From positions 29,529 through 93,528 of the forward strand of contig PBUX01000064.1 in assembly GCA_002728565.1 (NCBI GenBank): DNA of 64,000 bases, read 5' to 3'. This document shows positions 50,263 through 60,374 of this stretch, in pieces. This DNA is from Methanobacteriota archaeon. Lineage in GTDB: Archaea > Thermoplasmatota > Poseidoniia > Poseidoniales > Thalassarchaeaceae. The notes under the pieces were generated by a model. The model had not been told where the DNA came from and made no database searches. It worked only from the letters and a program-made list of their open reading frames with translations. The stretch's first letter is position 1. Every line of letters begins with the position of its first letter. The translations under genes were made by a program, and so were the position numbers.

Positions 50263-50709
50263 ATGGTACGCGAGCGCCAGAACGATCAGGGAGCTGGGGA
50301 TGCTGTGATTTCCATCATAGCGCCAGGGATGACGGTGGTCGGAAATTGCGAAAGTGACGGCACAATCCGAGTGGAGGGGAACGTCAGTGGTTCAATAAAG
50401 GCGGGAAAGGCCGTGGTCGTCGGCAAGAAGGGCCTTGTCTCCGGCGAAGTCTTCACGCAGGACGCGGTAATTTCAGGTCGTGTTGAAGGGTCTCTGGTTG
50501 CCGCGTCTAGGCTAGAGCTCAAAAGCACAGCCCGCATAGAAGGCGAAGTCAAGACGCGCCGTATGCAGTTAGAAGAGGGGGCCGTGCTTAACGGGACAGT
50601 TGAGATGGGCGCGGAGGCCACCAAAGGCACCCAGCCAAAGGTCGATGCTAGCACTCTGGGCTCGCGGTCCCCATCAGCGAAGCCATCCCGGGACGGGGCG
50701 GCTACCTGA
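50263..50709 (+). CDS. Bactofilin (polymer-forming cytoskeletal protein)
   Basis: Beta-helix repeats IRVEG.V.G.I, LEL..TARIEG, EEGAVLNG. Confidence 0.92.
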   Translation: MVRERQNDQGAGDAVISIIAPGMTVVGNCESDGTIRVEGNVSGSIKAGKAVVVGKKGLVSGEVFTQDAVISGRVEGSLVAASRLELKSTARIEGEVKTRRMQLEEGAVLNGTVEMGAEATKGTQPKVDASTLGSRSPSAKPSRDGAAT

Positions 50710-50734
50710 TGCCCAGCCCGCCGTTGGCGATCTG

Positions 50735-51496
50735 ATGAAACTAGAACCGCTGCTCCAATATTTAGACGGCTGGCTCAGGGTTGAGGAGCATCCGGATTAT
50801 CCGAACGCCCTAAATGGGCTCCAAGTAGGGGGGCCGAGCGAGATTACTACAGTCGCAACCGCGGTGGACGCCTCCGAGGCCTCGATCCGGGCGGCAGTGG
50901 AGATAGGGGCGGATTTGATGGTCGTCCACCATGGGCTGTTCTGGTCAGGGCTGGAGCCAGTTGTGGGAAGACACGAACGCCGACTCCGCCTCCTTTTTGA
51001 GGCTGGGCTTGGGCTTTATAGTGTCCATCTCCCCCTGGATTCTCATTTGGAGGTTGGGAACAGTGCTCTGCTGGCTGCCGCGTTGGGGCTAGAGGTTCAG
51101 GGCCGTTTCGGAGCGTATGCTGGCTGGGATATTGGTGTCTCCGGTAGCTTTTCGGAGGCAGTAGCGTTGGAGGAGCTCGTTACTCGAGTCGAGGGGGCCG
51201 TGGGCGGCGGGGTCGTGCAGGTGCTGCCGGGCGGGCCCGAAACGGTGAGGTCTGTTGGGGTGCTGACAGGTGGCGGCGGGTCCTTTGTTCGGGAGGCTGC
51301 TCAGGCCGGCCTAGACGCGTACGTGACAGGAGAGGTCTCCCATCACGCATATTTCGACGCCGCCGAATTTAGAACATCGGTTCTATTAGCGGGTCATTAT
51401 GCTACCGAGACGTTTGGCGTAAAGGCGGTTGGCCGGCATTTAGCGGATCGGTTCGGGCTGCAGGCCCATTTTATCGATCAACCTACGGGCCTTTAG
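50735..51496 (+). CDS. Nif3-like dinuclear metal center hexameric protein
   Basis: NGLQV, VHHGLFW, HLPLD.H...GN, AGHYATETFG. Confidence 0.94.
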   Translation: MKLEPLLQYLDGWLRVEEHPDYPNALNGLQVGGPSEITTVATAVDASEASIRAAVEIGADLMVVHHGLFWSGLEPVVGRHERRLRLLFEAGLGLYSVHLPLDSHLEVGNSALLAAALGLEVQGRFGAYAGWDIGVSGSFSEAVALEELVTRVEGAVGGGVVQVLPGGPETVRSVGVLTGGGGSFVREAAQAGLDAYVTGEVSHHAYFDAAEFRTSVLLAGHYATETFGVKAVGRHLADRFGLQAHFIDQPTGL

Positions 51497-51611
51497 GGGT
51501 CGGGCCGGGCCTTGTCCGTTGCAGCCCACATCGGAGATTGGTACCATTTGGGTGGCAACTAGTAATACTCTGCTGCCGGATCCGTGAGGGGGTGCGGCTA
51601 GGGAGGCTCTC

Positions 51612-53903
51612 TTGGTCCGGCAGTTCGTGTTAGCGGCTTCAGCCGCTCTGCTTTTGATTGCGCCCGCAGGCGGGCAAATGGTGCCGACCCCTCTCGAGCA
51701 CTTTGGGCACGAGATAGGGGAACACCGGAAGCTCGCTGATTGGGGGGCGCTGACGTCTTATTTCGAGGTGCTTGCGGAGGCTAGCGGTCGAGTGGAGGTA
51801 GACACACTCGGCGCTACAACGGCAGGGCGCCCCTTTGTGATGCTTACCATCACTAGCCCAGAGAATCACGCCCGACTCGAGGAGCTTCATGAGATTCAAA
51901 TGAAGCTAGCTGATCCACGGATGGTGTCCGGAGAGGGAGAACTCGCGTGGCTTTTGGACGAGGGGAAAACCGTTGTCCTGATCACGCAAGGGATTCACCC
52001 GACGGAAGTGGGTGCAAGCCAGATGTCGGCGACCCTGGCGCATGAACTTGCTAGTTCCGACTCGGAGAAAGTCCGAGAGATTCTCGACAATGTGATTCTC
52101 TTGCAGGTGCCCTCGCTCAACCCCGACGGCCTTCAGTGGGTCACGGATTGGTATATGGAACTTGTGGGGACACCGTATGAAGCTGCTCCGTTGCCATGGC
52201 TCTATCATTATTACGTGGGCCATGATAACAACCGAGACTGGTATGCTTTCACCCAACAGGAAACGATCCTGACAGTGGAGAAAGCCCACAACGAGTGGCA
52301 TCCACAGATAGTGCATGATGTGCACCAGATGGGTGGGAGCGGGGCCCGCATCTTTTTCCCACCTTACATCGAGCCCTGGGAGCCGAACATTGATCCCGCG
52401 CTGACCGCAGCGGTATCGCAACTGGGCACATATATGGCGGCTGAGTTGACTGCTCAGGGAAAAAAGGGAGTGGTCGTAAATGCGCAGTACGATGCGTATA
52501 CACCCGCGCGGGCCTATATGCACTATCACGGCGCTGCACGAATTTTATCGGAAACCGCTTCGGCGCGGATGGCCACGCCAGTAACTGTTCCGCCTGAGGT
52601 TCTAGGTCCAGGTCGCAACTTCAACGCGTCAAGGCGATCGTGGAACTTCCCGAGCCCTTGGAGGGGAGGGGCATGGGGATTACCTGACATCGTTGAGTAC
52701 CAGAAAGCAGGAGCTATGGCCCTCCTCACAAATGCTGCTCGCAATCGCCGCTATTGGCTTGAGAATTTCTATGGCGTGAACCAGCGGGCCGTCCAGAAGT
52801 GGGATACCTGGCCAACCGCATGGATCATTCCTAGTGGTCAGGGTAACGATCCCGGAGTGACGTATGCACTGAGAACGTTGACGATGGGAGACGTGGAGGT
52901 TTATACCGCTGAGGCCGCATTCACGGCGGATGGAGTCGACTTTCCGGCTGGGAGCTTGGTGGTCCCGATGAATCAGCCTTATGCGAGCTTCGCGAACACG
53001 ATGCTTGAGATCCAGGAATATCCAGATCTGCGCGAGTATCCGGGTGGCCCCCCACAAAGGCCGTATGATGTGACTGCGCATACGCTCGGCTACCTGCTCG
53101 ATTTCGAAGCCGTTGCTGTCGACGGTCCTTTGGACGTGCCACTGAGCGAGCCGCTGGGTGTCCCGGAGTTTGACTTCCGCTTGCCAGAGCGGTTATCGGC
53201 AGCTGATGGGCCGCGGGTGGCTATGTATAAGTCGTGGCAAGAGCCCATGCCTGAAGGGTGGCAACGCTGGGTCTTTGATCAGCACGATATGCCTTACGAT
53301 ACGCTGCATGATGCAGACATTCAGGGAGGGGCACTGTCAGAGTACGATGTTCTTTTGTTTCAGGCGCAGGGTGCTCGCTCAATCGCTCAGGGTCATGGTG
53401 AAGGCACAGTGCCGCCGCAGTACGCGGGCGGCCTTGGAGAGGCAGGGGCTTCCGAGGTAAAGGCCTTTGTAGAGGGAGGTGGGCGCGCCATAGGTGTTGA
53501 GGCGGCGACCGATTATCTGCGCGATTTATTCGACCTGAGAATCTCGGATCTCACCGATCGTTTGCGGAACACTGATTTCTACATCCCGGGATCGATCCTT
53601 CGTCTCGAGCTCGATCCCGATTCGGAGATCGCGGAGGGGATGGAAACGGAGGTGTCCGCTTGGTATTGGCGCTCGAGCATGGCCTATGCGGTGGACGATC
53701 CGCGGGTCAGCGTGCTGGCTCGCTATGGCGCGGGCGACCCCCTGCTCTCGGGATGGGTTCTAGGCGGGGAGCACGTGGCTGGACAGCCGGCAATCCTCGA
53801 GGCTTCGCTGGGTGAGGGCTCGGTCGTTCTCTTCGGCTTTCAGCCCAATTATCGAGCGCAGACCATGGCCACCTGGCCCCTACTCTTTAACGCAATTCGG
53901 TGA
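51612..53903 (+). CDS. Secreted M14 zinc carboxypeptidase family protein
   Basis: HPTE, NPDG, GHDNNRD, DVHQMG; paralog of 32769..35519. Confidence 0.88.
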   Translation: MVRQFVLAASAALLLIAPAGGQMVPTPLEHFGHEIGEHRKLADWGALTSYFEVLAEASGRVEVDTLGATTAGRPFVMLTITSPENHARLEELHEIQMKLADPRMVSGEGELAWLLDEGKTVVLITQGIHPTEVGASQMSATLAHELASSDSEKVREILDNVILLQVPSLNPDGLQWVTDWYMELVGTPYEAAPLPWLYHYYVGHDNNRDWYAFTQQETILTVEKAHNEWHPQIVHDVHQMGGSGARIFFPPYIEPWEPNIDPALTAAVSQLGTYMAAELTAQGKKGVVVNAQYDAYTPARAYMHYHGAARILSETASARMATPVTVPPEVLGPGRNFNASRRSWNFPSPWRGGAWGLPDIVEYQKAGAMALLTNAARNRRYWLENFYGVNQRAVQKWDTWPTAWIIPSGQGNDPGVTYALRTLTMGDVEVYTAEAAFTADGVDFPAGSLVVPMNQPYASFANTMLEIQEYPDLREYPGGPPQRPYDVTAHTLGYLLDFEAVAVDGPLDVPLSEPLGVPEFDFRLPERLSAADGPRVAMYKSWQEPMPEGWQRWVFDQHDMPYDTLHDADIQGGALSEYDVLLFQAQGARSIAQGHGEGTVPPQYAGGLGEAGASEVKAFVEGGGRAIGVEAATDYLRDLFDLRISDLTDRLRNTDFYIPGSILRLELDPDSEIAEGMETEVSAWYWRSSMAYAVDDPRVSVLARYGAGDPLLSGWVLGGEHVAGQPAILEASLGEGSVVLFGFQPNYRAQTMATWPLLFNAIR

Positions 53904-54745
53904 CGTCATTGCTTCCTCGAAATCCAGCATGTTCTGAATGCGGTCGCCCGGCTTCCGGTAACTTCTGCCAAGACTGCGGTGCTGATCTAGGGGGTCGGTT
54001 CTGCAGTCAGTGCGGAGCCAAGATCTCTTTCGGCTCGAACTTCTGTGGACAGTGCGGAGCTCAACTGTCACAGGGAGGGGAGAAGACCGCTGGCCAAGGG
54101 CGTTCCCCTCGCCTTGAGGCTGCGCGCGAAGTTGTCATAGGCGGCCAAACGCTGCCATGGTGGATCGCTGGTGTGACGATGTTTGCTTTGATCCTTTTTG
54201 TGGGCTTGTCGATGGTTCGACCAGGGCCAGGACCGGTTCCGTCGACAAGTGGCCCAATTCAGCAAGGGCTCCCTGCTGAAGGGCTGGCCACCGGAGGGGC
54301 CGCTCCTGACATTTCGAATATGTCCCCTATTGAGGCTGCTGACCGGTTGTTCAACCGGGTCATGCAAGCAACAAGCGCGGGTGACAGTGCGCAGGCCCGA
54401 GCGTTTCTTCCGATGGCCATCGCGGCTTATCAGAGAGCACGACCACTGACCTTGGATGGCCTATTTCACCTCTCGATGTTGAACAGGACGGCGATGAATC
54501 TTGAGGCTGCGCTGGACAATGCGCTCGAGATCCTGGAAAGGGACCCCGACCACCTGCTTGGTTTGGCTGCAGCAGCCGAGGCAGCCATTGAGTTAGGGGA
54601 ACTCGACGAGGCGGAGTTGCATTACCGTCATTTGGCGGATGTTTATGAAGAGGAGCTCCAAGAACAGCTCCCGGAGTATGACCAGCACTCGCTGATTGTG
54701 GATGTATTGAATCAGGATGCTGAGAGATTCTTGGCTGGACGGTGA
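53900..54745 (+). CDS. Double zinc ribbon + TM + TPR-like protein
   Basis: Four CxxC pairs (CSEC, CQDC, CSQC, CGQC), one TM, helical repeats. Confidence 0.75.
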   Translation: MTSLLPRNPACSECGRPASGNFCQDCGADLGGRFCSQCGAKISFGSNFCGQCGAQLSQGGEKTAGQGRSPRLEAAREVVIGGQTLPWWIAGVTMFALILFVGLSMVRPGPGPVPSTSGPIQQGLPAEGLATGGAAPDISNMSPIEAADRLFNRVMQATSAGDSAQARAFLPMAIAAYQRARPLTLDGLFHLSMLNRTAMNLEAALDNALEILERDPDHLLGLAAAAEAAIELGELDEAELHYRHLADVYEEELQEQLPEYDQHSLIVDVLNQDAERFLAGR

Positions 54746-54824
54746 CCTTACCTAGAAACGAGTGTTGTCATGCATCGCTCGAACTCTGTTTGAGCGGCGG
54801 CTGCCTGGTTTCCGACACGAGTCG

Positions 54825-55811
54825 ATGAGGGTCTTTCTGACTGGCGCGACAGGGTTGATCGGCTCTCACTTGGCGAAGTATCTAGTCGAGCGCGGTGATG
54901 AGGTTGTGGCGCTAGTTCGTCCAACGTCGGATACCGGTTTTCTGGACAGCCTTGAGGTTGTTGATCTGGTCCACGGAGATGTGAGCGATAGCGTCGACAG
55001 CCTGTGCTCCGTAATGGATGGGTGTTCCCACGTGGTGCATGCCGCAGCATTGGTGTATTCAGGACGTGGATGGGATGCGGTTGCGGCTGTAAACGTGGAA
55101 GGCACTCGCCGAGTCCTCATGGCGGCGGCCACGAGCGGGGTTCAGAAGGCCGTAAACATATCTTCGGTGGCGGTGTACGGCGGCTCTGAGCTTGAGTACG
55201 ACCAAGAAGACACGCCGGGTCCGGGAGCAGGGTTTAGCAATCACTATGCGCGTTCGAAGAGGGAAGCTGAAGTGGTGGCGAGGCAGGTGGAAAGAAACAC
55301 CGGCCTTCCTGTTACGACGCTGCGACCCTCTGCGGTTTATGGTGAACGCGACCGGTTGCTAGGCCCAGCGATTCAGCGGCTCTTGAACAGTCCTGTTGTC
55401 CCGCTCTTTGGTTCGGGTGAGAACACGCTTCCTGTGGTTTACGCAGGCAATGTCGCGGTTGCTATTGGGGTTGTCTTAGGCTCACCTGGAGGGGGAGATA
55501 GTTATGATCTAGGCATGGATCACCCCCTTAGGCAGAAAGACTTCTTCTACGAGCAGGGGTTGGGGATGGGTCGAGCCCCCCGATTCGTGCACCTGCCAGC
55601 TTTCTTGGTTCGCTCTGGCGCCCTTCTCCTCTCACGCATGGGGGTCGCTCCCCCGGGAGCCAAGCATCTTTCTCTAGAGCGGCTGGCACGGCTTGCGCTC
55701 GAGGAAAATCCCTACCTTTCCCGGCGGGCCCACCGTGATCTGGGCTGGGACCCTCCGCACAGGCACGAAGATGCCCTTAGGCGCACGGGCCGGTGGCTAG
55801 CCAGCCGTTAA
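54825..55811 (+). CDS. NAD-dependent epimerase/dehydratase family protein
   Basis: TGATGLIG, SSVAVYG, YARSK. Confidence 0.9.
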   Translation: MRVFLTGATGLIGSHLAKYLVERGDEVVALVRPTSDTGFLDSLEVVDLVHGDVSDSVDSLCSVMDGCSHVVHAAALVYSGRGWDAVAAVNVEGTRRVLMAAATSGVQKAVNISSVAVYGGSELEYDQEDTPGPGAGFSNHYARSKREAEVVARQVERNTGLPVTTLRPSAVYGERDRLLGPAIQRLLNSPVVPLFGSGENTLPVVYAGNVAVAIGVVLGSPGGGDSYDLGMDHPLRQKDFFYEQGLGMGRAPRFVHLPAFLVRSGALLLSRMGVAPPGAKHLSLERLARLALEENPYLSRRAHRDLGWDPPHRHEDALRRTGRWLASR

Positions 55812-55914
55812 CGAAAAAAGGAGGCAAGTAATGGCTCGGTCTTGTTGGGGGCGCCTACACTTGCTTTTTTTCATGACTAGGCTGTAAACGGACGTTCCGC
55901 GAGCAGAGAAGCAC

Positions 55915-57012
55915 GTGACAACAAATACCGACGCGCCCAAGGGATACGCGCCAGCCGGCAAAAACACCGGAGTCGTAAAGCCCAAGGGTACCTCTAAAAT
56001 CCGGGCTCACGAAGGCTTGGAGACCGTAGAGATCCGGTCTCGGAAGCCTTCGTGGCTTAAGGTGCGCTCGCCCGGAGGCCCCAATTATCTGCGCCTGAAG
56101 AAGAAAATGAGGGCAGAAGGCCTCCATACCGTATGTGAAGAAGCTGGGTGTCCAAACATTGGGGAGTGTTGGGAGGCGGGAACTGCCACCTTTATGATTC
56201 TTGGTGACGTGTGCACGCGTGCTTGCAAGTATTGCGGTGTTGCACACGGCCTCCCGACCGAGCTAGACGAAGACGAACCTCGGCGTGTTGCACAGACCGT
56301 GCAAGAAATGGCTCTTGAGCACGTGGTTATAACGAGTGTGAACCGTGATGAGCTTCCGGATGGAGGGGCGGCCATTTACGCGGAGACAATCCGGCAGATC
56401 CACCGGGAAGTGCCCGGCTGTTCCGTCGAGGTCCTCATCCCCGACTTTAAGGGTGACGAGGGTGCCTTGGAAACCGTCGTACGAGCGAACCCGGCGATCC
56501 TTGGACACAACCTTGAGACGGTTGACCGACTTCATCCCGACGTCAGGCCAGGAGGGCGCTACTGGAGATCGATTTCGTTTCTTGGTGCGGTGAAGCGACT
56601 CGACGCCAAAATGCTGACAAAGACTGGGATTATTCTGGGTATGGGCGAGGAGGAGCGCGAGATTCGCAAGGCGATGGGTGATCTCCGTGAGGCGGCGGTG
56701 GACATACTCACGCTGGGTCAGTACCTGAGACCCTCAGCGATGCACATCCCGGTCGCCCGTTGGGTCACACCGGATGAGTTTGCAATGTGGAAAGAGGTGG
56801 GGGAGCAGGAGTACGGATTTAGACATGTCGAATCAGGGCCTCTTGTTAGGTCCAGTTATCATGCCAAGGAGCAGGCTCGTGAAGTCGAAGCGGGTGGACC
56901 GGGAGCTATACAGAATGTTATGGAGGTTGATATACCTGCTCCCGCAGAGGTCGTTTTGGAACTCGTCCAGCTCGAGCTCGGCAGACCTAGCCGAACGATG
57001 AGTGGAGGCTGA
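55915..57012 (+). CDS. lipA: Lipoyl synthase
   Basis: CEEAGCPNIGEC, CTRACKYC, RSSY. Confidence 0.97.
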   Translation: MTTNTDAPKGYAPAGKNTGVVKPKGTSKIRAHEGLETVEIRSRKPSWLKVRSPGGPNYLRLKKKMRAEGLHTVCEEAGCPNIGECWEAGTATFMILGDVCTRACKYCGVAHGLPTELDEDEPRRVAQTVQEMALEHVVITSVNRDELPDGGAAIYAETIRQIHREVPGCSVEVLIPDFKGDEGALETVVRANPAILGHNLETVDRLHPDVRPGGRYWRSISFLGAVKRLDAKMLTKTGIILGMGEEEREIRKAMGDLREAAVDILTLGQYLRPSAMHIPVARWVTPDEFAMWKEVGEQEYGFRHVESGPLVRSSYHAKEQAREVEAGGPGAIQNVMEVDIPAPAEVVLELVQLELGRPSRTMSGG

Positions 57013-57013
57013 G

Positions 57014-58078
57014 ATGGCTGAGAAGAAAAAGAAAAAGAACGCTCTCATCGAGCATGACATCAGCGAAGACCTTGCTCTCGATCTGATGCGCGAAATGCTG
57101 CTATATCGCCGGTTCGAAGAGAAGGCTGGAGAAGCCTACGCGATAGGCAAAATCGGGGGCTTCTGTCACCTTCACATAGGCCAGGAAGCGGCAGCGGCAG
57201 GCAGCATTAAACCTCTGGGCCGAGAGGACTATGTCACAAGCGCCTATCGCGAGCATACGCAGGCGATTGCCAAGGGAGTCGACCCGAACGCGGTGATGGC
57301 AGAACTCTACGGCCGAAGGGATGGTTCCTCCGGAGGAAAAGGTGGCTCGATGCACATCTTTGACGCCGAATGCCGTTTCATGGGAGGCCACGGTATTGTT
57401 GGCGGACAAGTCCCCTTGGCCACGGGCATCGCCTGGAAAATCAAGTACAGGGGCGAAGATTCGATCTCTCTGGTCTTCATGGGTGACGCAGCTGTTAACC
57501 AAGGCGGCTTCCACGAAGGTCTGAATATGGCGGCGGTCTGGCAGCTTCCTTGCATCTATGTAGTGGAGAACAACGAGTACGGCATGGGGACCGCCTTCGA
57601 CCGAGTGTCCAAAACTGAAATGTCCACTAAGTCTTCTCCGCATGGCGTTCCGGCTCATGTGGTAGATGGCCAGGATGTACTCGCGACTTACGCTTTTTTC
57701 CGCGAGTTAACTGCTCAAGTTCGGGAAGGTGCCGGGCCGCAGTATGTGGACCTGCAGACGTATCGTTTCCACGGGCACTCCATGTCGGATCCGGTTTCCG
57801 GAACGTATCGCTCGGTGGAGGAGGTAGAGCAAGCCAAAGATGAGCGTGATCCGATCGCAATTCTGGGAGATACGCTTAAGGGGGCCGGCGTACTGAGTCA
57901 GGAAGAATTTGAGCAGATGGATGCTGAGGCCCGACAGATTGCATCAGACGCTGCTGACTTTGCGGATGCATCACCCCTTCCTGATGCGGACGCGCTCTAC
58001 AAGAACGTCTGGGCCGAGATCAACCCGAATGGCAGGCTTTTCTTTGACGGACGTCCGGAGCAAGGGGGGGCTAGCTGA
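57014..58078 (+). CDS. pdhA: Pyruvate dehydrogenase E1 alpha
   Basis: GFCHL.IGQEA, GSMH, GDAAVNQG, YRFHGHSMSDP. Confidence 0.95.
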   Translation: MAEKKKKKNALIEHDISEDLALDLMREMLLYRRFEEKAGEAYAIGKIGGFCHLHIGQEAAAAGSIKPLGREDYVTSAYREHTQAIAKGVDPNAVMAELYGRRDGSSGGKGGSMHIFDAECRFMGGHGIVGGQVPLATGIAWKIKYRGEDSISLVFMGDAAVNQGGFHEGLNMAAVWQLPCIYVVENNEYGMGTAFDRVSKTEMSTKSSPHGVPAHVVDGQDVLATYAFFRELTAQVREGAGPQYVDLQTYRFHGHSMSDPVSGTYRSVEEVEQAKDERDPIAILGDTLKGAGVLSQEEFEQMDAEARQIASDAADFADASPLPDADALYKNVWAEINPNGRLFFDGRPEQGGAS

Positions 58079-59058
58079 TGGCTGTTATGACTTATCGGGA
58101 GGCGCTAAACGCTGCTCTTTCTGAAGAAATGGAGCGCGACCCTGATGTTTTTCTTATGGGTGAAGAGGTCGCGGAGTATGACGGTGCCTATAAAGTCTCC
58201 AAGGGCTTGCTCGATATATTCGGGAGTCAGCGCGTTGTGGACTCGCCGATTTCCGAGCTAGGGTTTACTGGGTTAGGCGTGGGAGCCGCCATGGCGGGCC
58301 TGCGCCCGGTTATCGAATTCATGACCTTCAACTTCGCGTTCCTAGCGATCGATCAGGTGATCAATTCGGCGGCTAAGATGCACTACATGTCTGAAGGGCA
58401 GTTCCCGATGCCGATTGTTTTCCGAGGCCCGACGGGAGCAGCGCTTCAGCTTTCCGCCCAGCATTCTCAGGCGTGCGAGACATATTACTCACACGCCCCT
58501 GGGTGTAAGGTGGTGACCCCGGGAACGCCCGCAGATGCCAAGGGCCTTCTGAAGGCGGCAATTAGGGACAACGATCCTGTAGCTTTTATGGAGGGTGAAC
58601 TCCTATACAACTTTAAGGGGGAGGTCCCAGACGATGACGACTTCGTAATCCCCCTGGGGGTAGCTGATCTCAAGCATGAAGGGGAGGACGTCTCAATCAT
58701 CACTCACGGAAAGATGATTCACGTAGCCCTTCAGGCTGCCCAGAAACTCGACAAGGATGGCATTCAGGCCGACGTGCTGGACCTTCGGACCATCCGCCCG
58801 CTTGACATGAGCGCGATCCTAGAGACGGTAAGAAAGACAAACCGTATAGTTTATCTTGAAGAGGGTTGGCCCTATGCCGGTACTGGTGCACAGATTGTTA
58901 CGATGATCCAGGAAGAGGCATTCGACCATCTTGACGCACCGATTATCAGGGTCACCCAGGCGGATATCCCTATGCCTTATGCGAAGAACCTCGAGATCCT
59001 AGCTAAGCCTTCGGCCGATCACGTGGTCAAGGCTGTCAATAAAGTTCTGTACCGATAA
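58078..59058 (+). CDS. pdhB: Pyruvate dehydrogenase E1 beta
   Basis: GEEVAEYDGAYKVS, EFMTFNF, AQHSQ. Confidence 0.95.
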   Translation: MAVMTYREALNAALSEEMERDPDVFLMGEEVAEYDGAYKVSKGLLDIFGSQRVVDSPISELGFTGLGVGAAMAGLRPVIEFMTFNFAFLAIDQVINSAAKMHYMSEGQFPMPIVFRGPTGAALQLSAQHSQACETYYSHAPGCKVVTPGTPADAKGLLKAAIRDNDPVAFMEGELLYNFKGEVPDDDDFVIPLGVADLKHEGEDVSIITHGKMIHVALQAAQKLDKDGIQADVLDLRTIRPLDMSAILETVRKTNRIVYLEEGWPYAGTGAQIVTMIQEEAFDHLDAPIIRVTQADIPMPYAKNLEILAKPSADHVVKAVNKVLYR

Positions 59059-59060
59059 CC

Positions 59061-60323
59061 ATGGCTACTAAAGTCCATATGGAAGCGCTCTCTCCTACAA
59101 TGGAGGAGGGGCAGCTCGTTCAGTGGCTCAAGAACGAAGGAGACACGGTTGCCACCGGTGACGTATTGGCCGAAGTCGAGACCGACAAGGCGACAATGGA
59201 GTTGGTTGCGCGTGGAGAGGGAATTCTCCGAAAGATATTCCTCGGCGCCGGTGGAACCGCAGAGGTTGGTGCGGTGATCGGGGTGATTGCCGCAGAGGAC
59301 GAGGACATATCGGAGATCTCCGGTGTTTCAGGTGGCGGAGCCCCTGCAGTTGCGATTGTCGAGGAGGAGGTTGTCTCGACCCCTGACCCTGACCCGGTCG
59401 TTGAGGAGCCGACTTCGGGCAATACCGAATTAGCTTCTCCGGTCTCAAGAGGAGGTCGAGTTAAGGCGTCCCCGCTAGCACGGCGCCTGGCAGAACAGGC
59501 AGGAGTGGACATTTCTCAGGTCCCCGGGTCCGGACCGGGTGGCCGAGTGGTGAAAAGGGATATCGAGGCGGCAAAAGCTTCGGGAGATGCAACTCCCGCT
59601 CCGCCTGCTGCTCCTTCGTGGACCCCGGATGAAGCCGAGTACGAGGACGTACAGACGTCGCAGATGAGGAAGACCATCGCTAAGCGACTCATAACGTCAA
59701 TTGGCCCAGTTCCTACCTTCTACCTTACGGTTGATGTCGACATGTTGCGGGTCATGGAGGCGAGGAAGAGTATGAACTCGATGCTCAAAGCCGAAGGAGC
59801 CAAGGTATCCGTCAACGATATAGTTCTTAAGGCAGTTGCTGGCGCTCTTCGCCAGCACCCGAACTGCAACGCGCAGTGGCATGATGGCTTTATCCGGCGC
59901 TTTAAGGCGGTCCACATTGGTGTCGCTGTAGCGGTGGAGGATGGCCTAATTACCCCAGTTGTGAGGCATGCACACCTCAAGGGGATAAGTCAGATAGGGG
60001 CTGAGGTGAAAGAGCTTGCCGGACGGGCCAGGGAAAAGAAGCTAAAGCCAGAAGAGTACACGGGTGCAACCTTTTCGGTGTCAAATCTCGGGATGTTCGG
60101 AATCCATGAGTTCACTGCAATCATCAACCCCCCCGAGGCCGGCATTCTCGCGGTCGGTGGTATTGAGGAGACCCCTGTAGCGGTTGATGGCGAGGTTCTA
60201 GTTCGACCACGCATGCGCATCACCATGAGCTGTGACCATCGGGTGATCGATGGGGCCCAAGGATCGCGATTCCTTCAGACCCTCAAGGGCATGCTAGAGG
60301 AGCCGACAGCGATTCTCCTGTAG
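59061..60323 (+). CDS. pdhC: Dihydrolipoamide acetyltransferase E2
   Basis: LSPTMEEG, ETDKATM lipoyl domain, ASPLARRLA, DHRVIDGA. Confidence 0.95.
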   Translation: MATKVHMEALSPTMEEGQLVQWLKNEGDTVATGDVLAEVETDKATMELVARGEGILRKIFLGAGGTAEVGAVIGVIAAEDEDISEISGVSGGGAPAVAIVEEEVVSTPDPDPVVEEPTSGNTELASPVSRGGRVKASPLARRLAEQAGVDISQVPGSGPGGRVVKRDIEAAKASGDATPAPPAAPSWTPDEAEYEDVQTSQMRKTIAKRLITSIGPVPTFYLTVDVDMLRVMEARKSMNSMLKAEGAKVSVNDIVLKAVAGALRQHPNCNAQWHDGFIRRFKAVHIGVAVAVEDGLITPVVRHAHLKGISQIGAEVKELAGRAREKKLKPEEYTGATFSVSNLGMFGIHEFTAIINPPEAGILAVGGIEETPVAVDGEVLVRPRMRITMSCDHRVIDGAQGSRFLQTLKGMLEEPTAILL

Positions 60324-60374
60324 GTCATGGTCGTGAGCGAGGATGTCTAGGCGTAGACTGAGCCAGAGGAGGCT

